Shown here: in pieces, positions 63,429 to 64,000 of the stretch
Numbering within the stretch: position 1 is the first letter of the stretch
How the letters are laid out: each line of letters opens with the position of its first letter
DNA from: Hydrolagus colliei
Lineage: Eukaryota
Length of the DNA stretch: 64,000 nt
Reading direction: 5' to 3'
Assembly: GCA_035084275.1 (NCBI GenBank)
Contig: CM068757.1
Span: 6,510,001-6,574,000, forward strand
Notes under the pieces: model-generated
What the model was told of the DNA's origin: nothing
The model's input: only the letters and a program-made list of their open reading frames with translations
Databases searched by the model: none
Position numbers and translations under genes: made by a program

Positions 63429-64000
63429 ACTAAGTATTGGATTGTAAATTGAGACTGTTTGGAATCCAACTGAAGTCGCTGGACCCAGCTAATGAACACA
63501 GCTTTCCAACCATGCTTATTCTCATCAAACGTTGTCTATCAATCACAGCGCATGCCTTAAAGCTTGAGATCATATCTGTGATCCAGATTGAGCGTGTGTA
63601 GAGGGTGCCCTGAAGGCAATCATTCTCAGGTTGGGATTCAGGAACACTGTTGACACAAATCGACAGCAAAGGATTCAACTATTCCATAACATATCCACAG
63701 GGTAGTTTGATCCCTAATTGAAAAAGTGAAGACACTTCCAAGTTTTGCTATCCAAGCAGTTAACAAGCCCCGGAACACTAAGTATAAATGAATAAAATCA
63801 TTAACTCGGTTTGTGTCCATGAAAGCCTGTAAGACTTGTAAGTTAACAAAGCCACAACAAATAAGGTCATTTTTAATGCAGCGCATTAGCTGTATGAAAA
63901 ATAATATTTAGAGTTCACTTTTCAGATTTTCTGACATTGGAATTCTCTGTAATCCAAATTCCACCTATTTCAGTGGCTCATAAAGGCAATCTAATAGTGA

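Overview
This is AT-rich eukaryotic (vertebrate) genomic DNA and is almost entirely intronic. The only host coding sequence I can support is a 95-bp minus-strand exon at 36496..36590. It has canonical AG/GT ends and encodes (G)[31 protein letters not shown], which is coding exon 2 of the BRSK2/SAD-A brain-specific Ser/Thr kinase. I found neither exon 1 nor exon 3, so the flanking introns appear to exceed about 27 kb and 36 kb. The rest is a dense transposon landscape: many copies of a tRNA-headed SINE with an L2-like tail, older Deu-domain SINEs, L2 and CR1 LINE 3' ends, a hAT (Charlie/MER5-like) MITE with a perfect 8-bp target-site duplication (TSD), a Tigger-like element and two possible solo LTRs. 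By inference from the repeat families, the source is a cartilaginous fish, probably a chimaera such as Callorhinchus. Nearly all ORFs in the supplied track look like chance ORFs. I do not see convincing evidence of a new multi-gene system. The best leads are fold-back SINE hairpins, a candidate alternative/poison exon just upstream of exon 2, a pre-miRNA-like hairpin, nested insertions and candidate enhancers. Repeat family names come from my recollection of consensus sequences, and repeat boundaries are approximate unless termini are quoted.
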